Positions 15,201 to 27,046 of a stretch of DNA of 39,316 nucleotides are shown here, in pieces. Position 1 is the stretch's first letter; each line of letters starts with the position of its first letter. The stretch is taken from assembly GCA_009602725.1 (NCBI GenBank), contig WELB01000008.1, positions 979,645 through 1,018,960 on the forward strand, written 5' to 3'. A program made the position numbers and the translations under genes. This stretch comes from Spirogloea muscicola. Lineage: Eukaryota. The notes under the pieces were generated by a model. The model searched no databases and was not told the origin of the DNA. It saw nothing but the letters and a program-made list of their open reading frames with translations.

Positions 15201-18200
15201 GATGAGCCTGCGCCAGGGCATGAGCCTGTTTATGACCCTTCAGAGGTGCAGAATACGCCTGCTGCTCAATCGGAACCTGTCTTCATCCATCTCAATAGAT
15301 TCTTAAGAGGGAGGAAGTTCTCGTGGGCAGGCTTTCTTAATAAGTTAGCAGCCCAGTACCCTGTGGGAAGTGTGGCTTCAGTAACTGGGAAGGTATGCAT
15401 ATGTACTCTCTCTCTGGCTTGTCCATCTTACTGACCAAGCTCGTGCAACGCGTGTGCAGCCTTTTTATTCGCACTTATATCAGTAATTTTGCATCGCATA
15501 AGAACTTTCAAAGATAAAGTATGTCAGAGTGGTAAAATTATGTAAATAGTACTGATTGTGAAGCTATGCTCCAGGTGAAGGCTCTGGAGAAGAAGAACCA
15601 CTTTGAAATACAGGACTACACACTGACGCTCATGGATGGCAGTCACAGGACATCATTGCATGGTGATCAAGATCATCTTCTTCACAAGATACCCAGGCCA
15701 TCACCAGTGTACCCTGCCAAGGGAATGTTGCAGCCAAAAGTACTTGGCAACTTCATTGCAAGGTGCTTCTCCTTTTGAACAACACTGGTAGCAGTGATGC
15801 TCTACATCTAACTGCCACTTCAAAGGGAGGGTGGTATAGTTACCTACCTAAGCGGTCTTGTGCTTGAATATAAATTTTGACTGCCTGATACGCAGCTGTA
15901 CTGGTGCATTACATCCAAACCCGTGAGGCAGATATGCAGGGAGAGTAAAATAGAATTAAGCATTAGGACAAGCAGGGGAGGGAAGTCAATACTGTCAATA
16001 ACGAGTTGCTCATATGCCATGTCCTCGTTGCCCTACTCAATCAGGTTCCTGAGACTGCTGCCGGAGTCAATTGATCCTCTGCCGCTGGACCTCCGCGAGA
16101 ATTACGATCTCATGGGATTGCAGCAGGTCAGATTGTGTATAGCTACTTGTTGCCATGGTCACAACAGCTTGGAGCCCGTTGCGACAAGAGCTGAAGATCT
16201 GCCGCCTTCAGAAGCAACACTCTTAGCAAACAGTACCACCTCGTATAGTCTGGTCCTGATTTGGACATGAATTTAGTCGCTCTCACTTCACTCACTGCCC
16301 TGTATGCAGGCATATCATGCAATCCATGCACCACAATGTGCAGCTGATGCAGTGAATGCACGTTCACGTCTTGTCTTTGACGAATTCTTCTATCATCAGG
16401 TATGAGACCTAAGTGTTGCTCAATGTTATCCAGCTCTGGTGGCATCTTACAGATACTATGATATGTATACAAGCTACTGCGAATCTGAAAACAAGCATAA
16501 CCCGAGGGTGAATCTCAAGGGTGCACTGCAATGAAGAATGCACAGAAATCTGCTATTGCTGATGAAGCAGTCTTTAAGAATATGTGAAGACAATCAGCAT
16601 GTGGGGGAAAGAGAGACCTTTTGCTTAATAGGATGAATACTGCAGATTGGCGCATGCTTACTGTCCACTTGTGTTTGCTGAGCGAAAACAGCTAGCGTTG
16701 CTCGTTGGTCGACAACAGACTGAGGATGCCTATGCGTCAACAAAGGGACTTGATGCAACGATTGGAGCTATGAAGGGCAGGCTGCCAAAAGAAGGGTGGT
16801 CGGAGCTTCCATTGAAGCTCCTGGACAAGCTGCCCTTCCACTTGACAGCATCGCAAATGATTGCAGCGGAGGAGATAACGTGGGATCTAAGGAGGCCTTT
16901 ACCAATGAGCAGATTGTTGCAGGTGCGAAAAAGTGACTGGCCACTAGCTTGTGCTGCATTTGCTTCATAGTTACCAGTGCGAACATGTGTAGAACACAGG
17001 TTTCATGTCTATATGCTTGCTTCTCCTAGTTGAGCAGGACTTTGAGTTGACTGCATGCCTCATGTTGACATCTCTTGTGCAGGGGGATGTTGGTTGTGGG
17101 AAGACAATAATCGCAATGCTGGCACTTTTGGAGATAGTCTCATTGGGCTATCAGGTCTCTTCTACTTGAGTTTCTCTATGCTGCTGCAAGTGCATTTTCA
17201 CATGGAGTACTTAGACTAGATCTTGCTTCTTCTTATGCATTGCAAACACTGACATCAAGACATGGTCATCCTGTCACTCCACTTGTTGATGAGAAAGCGT
17301 CTTGATAAGAAATTTCCACTTCCTTACTGATACCAATGTGGTTAAAAGCTGAAGTCCCAGGCTCAGAAATTTTAGACTTATCTTCTCTTTGTCCTGCGTG
17401 TCATACAAGGCAAGCTGACTTGTCCTCACTATTGCAGGGTGCCATGATGGCTCCCACCGAGTTCCTAGCTCAGCAGCACCATGCTCGACTTTCACATTGG
17501 CTTCAGCTTATTGACGAACAAGCAAGGCCCTCATTAGCGCTTCTCACAGGGTCAACAGCTGTCAAAAAGGCTAGGGCAATTCGCGAGGTACGTTTGCTTT
17601 GACTGCAGGTCGTTTTACTGAAGGGCTACTCCACACATGCCCTAAGAGACTAACAGACTTTGTACCTTAACAGTAGCTTCTGCAAACGTGTACCGGCTGA
17701 TGCGTATGATGAGCATGTGTCTTGACAGGCTGTAGGAAATGGAGAGGTGAAGGTGATAATAGGCACACACAGCCTTCTCTCAGAAGGAGTAAATTTTGCG
17801 CAACTGGGCCTTGCTGTTATTGATGAACAACACAGATTTGGGGTCCAGCAGCGAGCTCGCCTGCACGGCAAAGTATGTAATTGGATAAAAGTGACCATCC
17901 TTTGGACGATGTTGCAGCTTTGCATTCGACTTCCTATGCTTGTTGTAGTCCACATTAGGACATTCCTTAATGACAGCATCTGCCCCTACTGACACATAGT
18001 AGCGTCATTTGTCCTTTTGACACTTGATAGCAACACCTGGGGCTAGAGGTCAGGTACTAGGTCAAGTATTGCTTCCTTAGTTTGCTTACACTGGAAAAGA
18101 GCAGCCGCAGTATCTATCATTTGTGCAGCTCACTTACTTTTGCAAGCGGCGTGCTACCAGGGCAGCCGCTTGCCACAAACCTCAGATGAGGTTGCCACTC

Positions 18201-20134
18201 CTGGAGCTCTGCTCCTCAATCCCCATGTCCTTGCCATGTCAGCAACACCAATTCCTAGGACCCTAGCACTGGCTCTTCATGGAGATATGGCCATCAGCCA
18301 GGTTAGTGAACCTGGCTGGCTTTCTGATGAATACGCATAGGCAATTTGAGCAGTTGCTTCCATACTCGAAGTACTATAACATGTTAAAAGTTGACTCAAC
18401 CACAATGCTGCTGAGTGATTGGTACATATAAATTTGTAGAATGAAGAAGAAGAAGTCTTGACACTATGTGCACTTTTAGAGTCCCATAGTCGTTGTGCCT
18501 CATACAGCAATATCATTGGACTACTTGTCAACAGATATCTGAGCTGCCGCCAGGCAGACCACCTATTACCACCCGTGCATTATTGGATACTGCTCATGGG
18601 CGACTAGGGGCATACCAGGTTGGGATTATTAATGCGATCGGGTTGATGAGGACATCTGTTGTGCACCGTCGTTTTCTATGGATCTGTTGTCAAGTTCGGC
18701 AAGCACGGCATTCTGTGGATCAGCCATCTGTTCTGCACAGTAATCATATGTCTTACATGGGATTCAGACAGCCTGGGGCCTGTTTCTGGCTGACTCTGCT
18801 GGTCCTCAGCAATTGGGCTTGCTTGTGCAGATATTGCGTAAGGAGGTACTCTCTGGAGGTCGTGCTTTTGTGGTCTTTCCCATGATCAACGAGTCTCTGG
18901 AATATCCAGAAGTACGGGCAGCTAGAGCTGAATTTGAGAATCTCACTGCTGATCAGAAGTTTCTTGGGGGTCTGATGTGCCAACTTGTTCATGGGCAAAT
19001 GCTGCCCTCTGAGAAGGCTTTAGCTATGGCCAACTTCAAAGAAGGCAAAATTCAGGTCAGACGCCTCACTTAATTGTCGGTACATGATGAATCACTTCGC
19101 CCAAGTCACTGCACTATATGCTTAATCAACCTCAGAAGCAGCAGCATATCAACTCTCTGACAATCACATTTCTGGCTTGCAGGTACTTCTTGCAACCACA
19201 GTCATAGAAGTGGGCATTGACGTGCCCGAGGCAACAGTCATGTTAGTAGAACATGCGGAACGATATGGATTGGCCCAGTTGCATCAGCTTCGTGGTCGAG
19301 TTGGAAGAGGAGCCAGGAAGTCAACGTGTCTCCTTCTTGGTTCGACCAGCTCTTCTATGACCCGACTCCACCTTCTTGAGCAGTCTCAGGTGAAGTATTG
19401 AGCTATAGGGAATGCTCTGTGATTACTCTTAGGCTTGGTCACCTTGAAGATGTAAGATGCTGCCGTGATCAGCAACACGATCAGCAACACTTCACTGCTT
19501 CCACTCAGTGGAAATCAAAATCTGGGCCATAATTAGTGTGAGGAATCTGATCTTATTGAGATTTGCAGTATAGCTATGCTGCATCTGGCAATCATAGTGG
19601 TAACTCAATGAGTGCCTCCTTGTCTTATGGCAAACATGTTATCAGGATGGCTTCTTCCTTGCTGAGATGGACTTGCGAATGAGGGGTCCTGGGGATGTTC
19701 TTGGGAAGAGGCAGTCTGGGCACTTGCCTGAATTTTCTCTTGCGAGATTGGATGAGGATGGCAACATTCTGGTCAAGGCCAGGCAGGCTGCTGAGGTACT
19801 GGTACTCCGATCCTGGTCCTTGCATGGGTCAGCTGATGTACTTAGTCTATGGATCCGTCCTTGGATGAGAATCACGTCTCGTCTGCAAAGGAGAGAAGAG
19901 TGCGACCCGATTGATGCTACAGTCTTTAATGTTCTAAAGACCACCAGCCACATTTTAATTTGACTGGACACCACTTCAGACGAAGCTGGGGTAGTGCATC
20001 TCCATGAAATATCTGATGATTTTGAGACTTGTATCTCCCAGGACATAGCCAAGGCCCATAGAGGACTTCATGGCTTACCTTTGCTGCAGGAGGAGCTAAG
20101 AGTGCGACATTCTCCTATTGCATTTGGGCAGTAG
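12288..20134 (+). CDS. RECG: ATP-dependent DNA helicase RecG homologue, probably organelle-targeted. About 20 exons, 5' exons tentative
   Basis: Motifs: QHFPRTYVD (wedge), [28 protein letters not shown] (Walker A), [88 protein letters not shown]. The last exon 20042-20134 ([30 protein letters not shown]) resembles the plant RECG1 C-terminus. The 5' exons 12288-12546, 12798-12892, 13210-13295 and 13425-13564 join in phase and give a Ser/Thr-rich transit-peptide-like N-terminus, but the start codon is uncertain. Confidence 0.92.
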
Positions 20135-21420
20135 ATGCAGGTGAGATCACATTGATGGGTGCAATTGTGAAGTAGGCCCTTCCTGTAGAATCTACTTGTA
20201 GTACGAGTATAGGTCTGCTTTCTTGCTAAGATCTGCACATCAATCTTCTCATCTGAGTCGTTGGATTATGCATGGCAGTAAAGATATTGGTGTGGCAGGA
20301 GCATGCTGAGTTCCAATGTGAATGCTGCAGATCTTCTGGCCGTAGATTCAGGTACTCAAGGTCTGGGGACCAAGAGGCTGACTCTTATCTGAGCAAAATG
20401 ATCTGATTATGAGAGGTTAGGAACTTTCAGAGTCTGTCCTGGAAGCATCTAAATGAGATCAGGTTGCATTCTGTGCTGCTTGATGTCCGTGGACAGGAAG
20501 CGGTTGCTGTTGCTGTTTGAAGCTCAGAGACATGTGTTATCGTGGAATAGTGTTGAAATTTCTCACTGCTCCTTAGTAGCACCTTGTAATTGCAGGATAA
20601 TGCAGGAAATGGAATCCACCTCTTCTGCAGAGGTCCTGGAAGCATTAAAAACAATGTGATTGTCACCTTCTTTAGATTTCATCAATGTCAGCATACGTGA
20701 AACTGCCGCCTTTCAGTCGTGCACCGTAATCGCATGGCAAGCGCAGGCAGCTTGCTGTAGTTGCACCTTTCATGCCATGGAGGTCCAATGACCACCAATT
20801 TGCCGACCGGTGGGGTACCTTATGCCTGTTGGCTGTACGAGAACACTCAGCCGTTTCTACATTTCTACCTTTCGTGTAAAATGCTTAGCCAGCTCATTGG
20901 CCAGCTCATCTGGAGTATAGGCCTTAATTCATGGACTCTGTGACAACCCATTTTTTGACATCGTGTAGTGATGGACAAGCTTCCCTCAGAGGAGAGAAGT
21001 TGTTCTTCTGAAAATTGATTCCCTGAATGATCTACTTGTACGATGGCAAGTTGAGATCAGTGTACAGCTGGGTGTAATGACAACACATGATGCATATCCC
21101 AGAGAGTGAATGTAGTTGTGAACTTGCCTAAATTGCTACCTTTGTCCAAGTCGCTGCATTGCACGCCACTGAAGCAAAGGTCTTCAGCAGTTCCGCTTTA
21201 CCAGCAGACGCGGCAAGCTAGCAGTGTACTTATCATATCTCTACTCTGCTGAGAGTATCTTCACCTACTGGCGACCTATCATGCCAGTCTGCCGTGCTCT
21301 CAGACGGAAAGGCCCAGCAGTACACAGCTGACCCCAGTGTAGTATCTGCGGCCGAGATAGCTTCAGTTGCCTAGGTTTGTATATCAAGCCACTGGGTCCC
21401 CTGAAGGATGCCCAGTAGGG

Positions 21421-22262
21421 TCAAAATGCCCCGTCGCTGTTGCATCTGCATGGGACAGTGAGACGGATGGCGCAGTTCCTGATGCATAAGCAGTAGGGGT
21501 AGTTGTTGTTCCAGTCGATAGAGTCGCAGAAGCAGTACAGGCCGCTGTTGCCCCCGGCTGACTTCCCGCAGTCTGTGTAAGCTGGGCACGTCGAGGCGCC
21601 GCTATATGGGCATGTTCCACCTGCACAGGCGCACATGCAAGAAAGTGACATGTCAGGCAAGCGGTGCGCTCGGTGCAGAGCCAGCGTTTGCCTCTGGAAG
21701 CTCGATGCTGACAGGGAGCAGCTGGTCTCGGGAGGCTCCAGCTGGAAGGTCTAGCGTTGGCAAACCCCTACGGACAGGGCACCATCGAGCAACGAAGGGG
21801 ACAAAAGCCACCTACCGAGCGTCACCGAGCGATCTGTGGTGGTCCAGTTGAGCTACTCATTCCCTTCTTCTACCCAGATATAGTCCTTGGACCTTTGTTT
21901 TTGTTGCTTTTACCTTTTTATTAAGTATATTAGGCACTTTTTTCGTTCGTTCCGGTTTATTGTCCTCTGTACATAGCTTCGCTACAGATTCTACGCGAGG
22001 AATTTTTCTTTTCACTTTTTTTTGTTTATTGTGTATAATTTCTCTCATTTTATTTCTCAAAAAACAAAAACGGCAAAAGAGAAAAATACCGCTGTAATGG
22101 AATTACAGTGAGGGGCAGGTCCTTGAGGGCCGCCTCCAACTCCACCACGGGCGTCGCAGGAAGAACCGGAGCCGCCGCGGCCTTGACCGTGCTCGCGGCC
22201 CGGGCGGCAGCCGCGCAGGAGCTCGAGGCCAGGAGCAGCAGGGCGGCGAGGCAGGCAGCCAT
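21421..22262 (-). CDS. Putative small secreted cysteine-rich protein. Internal exon structure uncertain
   Basis: Exon 1 (22262-22107) is [23 protein letters not shown]..., a signal-peptide-like start with good ATG context. The last exon (21620-21421, after gtgcag) is [66 protein letters not shown], with 10 Cys. Confidence 0.6.
21853..22106 (-). other. AT-rich foreign-looking segment with GT...AG ends on the minus strand (intron or insertion)
   Basis: I count 80 G+C in the 240 nt of 21861-22100 (33%), with long A/T runs and sharp borders against GC-rich flanks. It begins gtaatt right after codon ACT and ends gagtag. Confidence 0.7.
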
Positions 22263-22754
22263 GGAGGCGGGCGCGGCTATCGGCGGCCGGGCGTTGAGCG
22301 GTGCTGCGGGCACGGCGGGAGGGGAGGAGTGGAGTACAGGGCCCCCAGCTGCGAGGCTTAAGCTACCAGCTACACGGCTGCAGCGAGGGAGCTCAATAGC
22401 CCGGGGCCTGGAGAAACAGCTCTCCCGGGGTGCTTTTTGCACTCCCCCGCCGCCGATAATGCGGGCGGCGAAGCGGCGCGGCGGTTGGGGGCCGAGCAGC
22501 AGCTCCTGGGGAAGGAACTGCAGCCGCGGGCTGCTGGGGTGCCAGCTGAAGTGGGCTACTCATGAAGGGGCCGGGGGCTGCGATTGACCAGCCCAGTAAG
22601 GCTTTGATAACCCTTAAGGACACGAAGGCCTTGAGGCACACAGCTATGTGAGAGCCTACAGCTGGGCGGCGCTCGAGCTCGAGCTCCGCGGCCGCCATGG
22701 CGGAAGGTGGGCTGGGCTGCCTCCTCGCCGATCGCCCGATCAACCCCGGACTCG

Positions 22755-22835
22755 GGCGCGCCACGTGGCGCGCCGGGGCGCCGGGCGGGGCGCAATCACA
22801 ACAGCCGGGGGGCGCCTCCACGGGCGCCACGTGTC
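22755..22835. promoter_or_regulatory. Paired G-box/ABRE elements upstream of the Cys-rich gene
   Basis: Perfect 20-bp palindrome GGCGCGCCACGTGGCGCGCC (22755-22774) and GCCACGTGTC (22826-22835). Both contain ABRE cores (ACGTGGC, ACGTGTC). Confidence 0.5.
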
Positions 22836-23472
22836 CCCGCCGGCCCGCCTCCCGGGAGGCCAACCGGCGGCCCCGGAGCCGAGGCCGGCCCCGGCCGGCC
22901 ATGGCTGCCAGAGAAAGCGCGGCCAGATTGACTGGTGGCTGTGAGAGGCCAGCCCAAAGGAATGGACAAAACCTGGAGGAGCCGGATGGAGCAGAAAGCA
23001 AGGTACCAAGTGCTAAGACGGCAGCAAGGGGACTCTCAGTAACCTCTAGCCAGTGGATGCAAACTAGATGAGCTAGCAGGCGGGTAGACGTCGCCCAGAG
23101 CTTGATCGACGTGTGTTCGGCAGGACTCGAACGTGCGCGGGGCAGAGGCCAACAGCTTTCGAATGGGTAGCAGCTACGAAAGAAAGTGCGCGCCCATAGA
23201 GAAAGGGGGCCAGCAAAGCCAGCCCAGAAGGCTGCTAGAGCGATCATGTGATCATCCTACACGGTCCTTGCTTAGTCATGTCTCTCAGCGCTTCACACAG
23301 CCCCCGCCCACGCTGAGGAGCCCACCCCCTTTTCGAAAGGGCTTGCTTCTCGGTACAGCCCTCGCCCCCCTTGGAAACGCTCATTCGCTCCCGGCCCCCC
23401 CAAACCTTGTCAGTCAACTCCTTCGGGCTGGCTTTCCGTAGCCCTCGCCGCCTTCGCACGCCCGAATATACC

Positions 23473-23535
23473 GTCAAGACATCTTCCGTATGCACCTGGC
23501 TGACTTTCGCAGCCGCTCTACTAATGTCAGCAGCC
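23473..23535. repeat. Dispersed ~63-bp hairpin motif, copy A
   Basis: Core GTATGCACCTGGCTGACTTTCGCAGCCGCTC...TCAGCAGCC, shared with 23695-23758 and 27047-27110. Confidence 0.8.
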
Positions 23536-23694
23536 GCCGCCTTCATCTGTTGAGAGCCACTATCCGAGCTGCGCGGCCCTCCGCCTGCAGCCGGGCGCCC
23601 ACCAGCCGGCAGCCCTGGCCCCGTCGCCAGCAGCGCGAGCGCCCGCGCCGCCGCCGCGTGCCCATGGCGCGGCCTCGCTTGGCCCACTCATATA

Positions 23695-23758
23695 GTCATG
23701 CAGACCCTCCGTATGTACCTGGCTGGCTTTGACAGCCGCTCTCTTATCATCAGCAGCC
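23695..23758. repeat. Dispersed ~63-bp hairpin motif, copy B
   Basis: Core GTATGTACCTGGCTGGCTTTGACAGCCGCTC...TCAGCAGCC, 222 bp downstream of copy A. Confidence 0.8.
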
Positions 23759-24115
23759 CCGCGCTTCTTGCCCGCCATCGGCTGCTCCCGCGCATGGTCG
23801 ACCACGCTTGCCAGCGCGCGCCTCCAGCCGGGGCCTCTGCTCAGTGCCCGGCCGTCGATGCAACAGGTGGGTGCCAGCAGTGCCTTCTCTAACGGCTGCG
23901 CCGCCGGTGCCCGCGCTTGTGCCAGCTGCTTGCGCCGCTCAGGCCCCACGGGCCCATTGTCGCTTGCCCGTCACTCGCACGCGACCCTGTGCGCTACTCC
24001 GGTCGCGGTGCCTGCGAGGGCAACGCAGCTTCACCACTTGCTTAGGCTGTCGCTTGGGAGCTTGGATTGCACCCAGGGGGGCGGCCAGGACGTGGGCTGC
24101 GCCATGAAGGTATTC

Positions 24116-24386
24116 GACTGACAGGTGGGATCGCAGAGTGTTGTCCAACGTACTCCGGCTTCCGATCCAGCACCACATATTCGTACGAAGAGATTTCGTA
24201 CGAAGAGAAGCGGCCGCCCCTGCACCGGACAGCACAGGCTGGAACGCTAATGACAGACTGATAGTTGGGAATGCAGGGTTGTGTCCATCCAGCGTACTCC
24301 AGCTTCCAATCCAGCAATACATATATATGCACTAAGAGAAGTGGCCGCCACAGCACCGGACAGCACAAGCTGAAACGCCGATTGCA
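24116..24386. repeat. Degenerate two-unit tandem repeat (~140-bp period)
   Basis: Units start GACTGACAGGTGGGA (24116) and GACTGATAGTTGGGA (24256). They share CGTACTCCRGCTTCCRATCCAGCA and AAGAGAAGYGGCCGCC...GCACCGGACAGCACARGCTG. Confidence 0.85.
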
Positions 24387-24823
24387 GACCTGCCTGCTTG
24401 CATGTCTCAGCCGCATTACCAGTATTACAAGACACTCTTGATCTTCTACTGTGCGCGCTGTTGCGTGTGATGAGCAGATGATGGCAGCCTCGCTGAAAGG
24501 TGAAGTAGGTTGGCCTGGCAATACTTCCAGCCCACACCCTGCAATACGATGTTGATCCAGACTTGGACACATTGCGGAACTTACGAAGCTCGCCAGATTC
24601 TGGCCAATGTCGCCTCTACTTTGCTGTGCGAATTGCACACTTTGCAAGCCCAGTCTCACGTCCGTCTAATTCTGAGGCGAGAGCAGTGCCTGACCAATCA
24701 TAAGAAATCAACAATGTGACCGGCACAATCACAGAAGTAGGAGGTGCACTTCTGCTGCAGGACCAACTTATAAAGAATAAGCTTCCCAAGCCCAGCGGAG
24801 CTGCCAATCCCTGCTGTGGTCAG

Positions 24824-26858
24824 CTACCAAGTGAAATAAGGAACTGCATATGTCGGAGAAGGAGTCATTTCTGTCTCAATCAGCCTGTGGAGGGCTTCCA
24901 CAGAGAAGGTACTCTGCAGTTGTCCTCGTTCTATGGTCGTGTCATCACCAAGCCGTAGATTGGATCTCAATAGGGCGTCCGCATGTATGCCTCCCACCAC
25001 AAACAGGCTGTCCATTGCCGCGCCAGCGGCTCCAGCAATGTCGTGAAGCAGGGAGTCTCCAACCATGATACTCTCCGACGAGTCCACCTTGGTCATCTCT
25101 GCAGCGGCTGCGTAAACCACCTGCAGATGCCAAATGGACAAAAGCGGCAGCTGACGCTTGAGCTTGCACAATCTCACACAGCTTGCTATCTGGAAGGTGA
25201 CACGCCTATCTGTAGACGGTCAACCAAGCTTGGTAAATGCAGACGCATGCACAGCACGGTCCATCAATGGCACCATCTTGGCCTTAGGAGCACGTGAAGA
25301 TCTACGTGCATTGAAGCAAACAACTACTCATGCCTCTACTCATCATTGTTTCTGAACCTGAGCCGTGCAAAGCCAGCTGCAGTCACAAGGGATTGCAGTC
25401 AATTAGTATAGACTAAGAAGACATGAGATACTCAACATGTGCATTTACCGGGTCAGGCTTTCCCATACACCGCACCTCCCCTCCCATCTCCCTGTACAAC
25501 TTGCCCAAGGTACCTGAAAATGTCATGGGCGAAACTGTCAGCTCCAGGCAGGACACCGAAGGCGTTCCAGTAGCTGATAAGCAGCAAACAGCTTTGCAGG
25601 AGCACCTCGACCTGGCCGAGAGCGCTGCCATGGCAGAGGAAGGACAAGCCAAATTATAAGTACCTGGCATCACTTTGAGATCTCGAGCCTCCACGGTTAC
25701 CAGGTCGGGATTGGCGATGATAAGCGGGAGGGGCTTGCAGGTAGCTAGGCGGGCGCAGGCTGCCAAGACCTGCTTCATGTCATCAAGTGCCATGGGCCGC
25801 ACACCACCCCCGCTTGCTGTAGCGATGCCCATGGCTTCGGTTCCATGTGCCAGGAGGAAGTCGGCCTGGCCCACGTCCTCAACGACTTCCAGATCAAGCT
25901 CCTGCATCCAGTCATGGAGTCAGCTTTGCTGAGGTGTACTCTGAACCTCGGCAGGTGCAGATAGACTTCGCCACCCACTTTTGCAAACTCCCACAAAGAC
26001 TATCAGAAATTTGCTGCCACGCAGGAACGAGCATCTGTATTTTGCAGAAGAAAGGCAGCCATGATTAAAATATAACCAAGAATAGCAGATTTCCACAGGA
26101 TTGGTGCCAAGCTCTTTCACATTGGTCAAATGGTACTCCTACAGTGATTGATAATGTCGAGAGGCTTGTGTACCTCAAGGGAGATAACGCCCCGGCCTTT
26201 CCAGGTGAAGTGGACACACCTCCGCCCCACGTTAGCGAACCAGGAATCATCCCTCCTGCCAAACAAACATCTCCAGGAAAACGACCTTACCCACAAGCAG
26301 CACAATGTGCGTGACCACAGCTGGCCCTCAAGTGCTAACATTGTGAGATGCGAGCACCTGTGCTAATGGCAGGGGTGCGAGTGCAAAGGGCCTTCATTAC
26401 GCTTGAAATTCCAGAATGGCGGCTACAGGAGCTCCTGACCAGACCAAGTCTGCCTTGACAGACACATGTTTGCTGCCAACCTGAGGAGCTTCTGGTGCGT
26501 CAGCTCGCCGCTGGTGATGGCGCCGGCGAAGATGGCCGGGTCGAAGCCCAGCGGCGCGAGCTTGGAGAGCGTTGTCGCGGCGCGCTTGGACGAGTTGCTG
26601 ACGAGCACCAGCCTCGCGCCCGTGGCCGCCAGGCGCTCTACTACCAGCACGCCGTCCCCACACCAAGAGCCCCAATGGCGGGCCGATCACCACGAGCCGG
26701 CTGCCGCAGCGGCAGCGGTGCATGGTGGGCGCTGGCGAGCTACACGCGAAGCTGGCCGGCAGCGCCATAGTGGCAATGCAGGGCTCACAGGTGTCGACGG
26801 CGCCCGGGTAAGGCTTGCGGCCGTCGTGCAGGACACCGAACTGGTCCAGCAGCCACGC
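24824..26858 (-). CDS. HAD-superfamily hydrolase, subfamily IIA (At5g10460-like). First exon not identified
   Basis: Exons: 26858-26789 (AWLLDQFGVLHDGRKPYPGA), 26640-26481 (VSNSSKRA...AITSGELT), 26255-26174, 25901-25664 (IANPDLVTV), 25513-25449 (MGKP), 25120-24824 (VGDSLLHDIAGA...YFTW*). These carry HAD motifs I-IV, and phases are consistent. Confidence 0.92.
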
Positions 26859-27046
26859 CTGCGCGGCGACGACAAGGCGGCGGTCGGGCCATGCCGGCGG
26901 CCTCTCTCGTGCCGATGGCCTCTCAGTGCGGCGGCGCTCCGGGGAACGCAGCCTGCGAGCCGCCGCCGCTGCCGCCGCCGGCGCCGCCGCTGGCGCCGCC
27001 TCTGCGAAGCTACTGCAGCTCGCAAGCCGGCTCTCGCTCGGTTGTG

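Noticed and set aside
19797..20659. Alternative RecG C-termini (read-through to 19963, or an exon at about 20597)
   Set aside because: Exon 20042-20134 has the right phase and resembles the plant RECG1 C-terminus. The others do not.
21857..22060. Lys-rich 67-aa ORF in the AT-rich block
   Set aside because: Its composition follows from poly-A runs, it has no ATG start, and I recognise no ribosomal or organellar protein in it.
22393..23247. 284-aa minus-strand ORF upstream of the Cys-rich gene
   Set aside because: It has no recognisable domain, crosses repeat motifs and promoter-like GC-rich DNA, and shows no consistent codon bias.
23695..23758. Hammerhead ribozyme or C/D snoRNA reading of the repeat (CTGATGA on the minus strand)
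   Set aside because: CTGATGA occurs only in copy B, and the required stems, GAAA placement and D box are not conserved.
23473..24386. CRISPR-like array
   Set aside because: The context is eukaryotic, there are only two or three degenerate copies, spacing is far longer than CRISPR spacers, and there are no cas genes.
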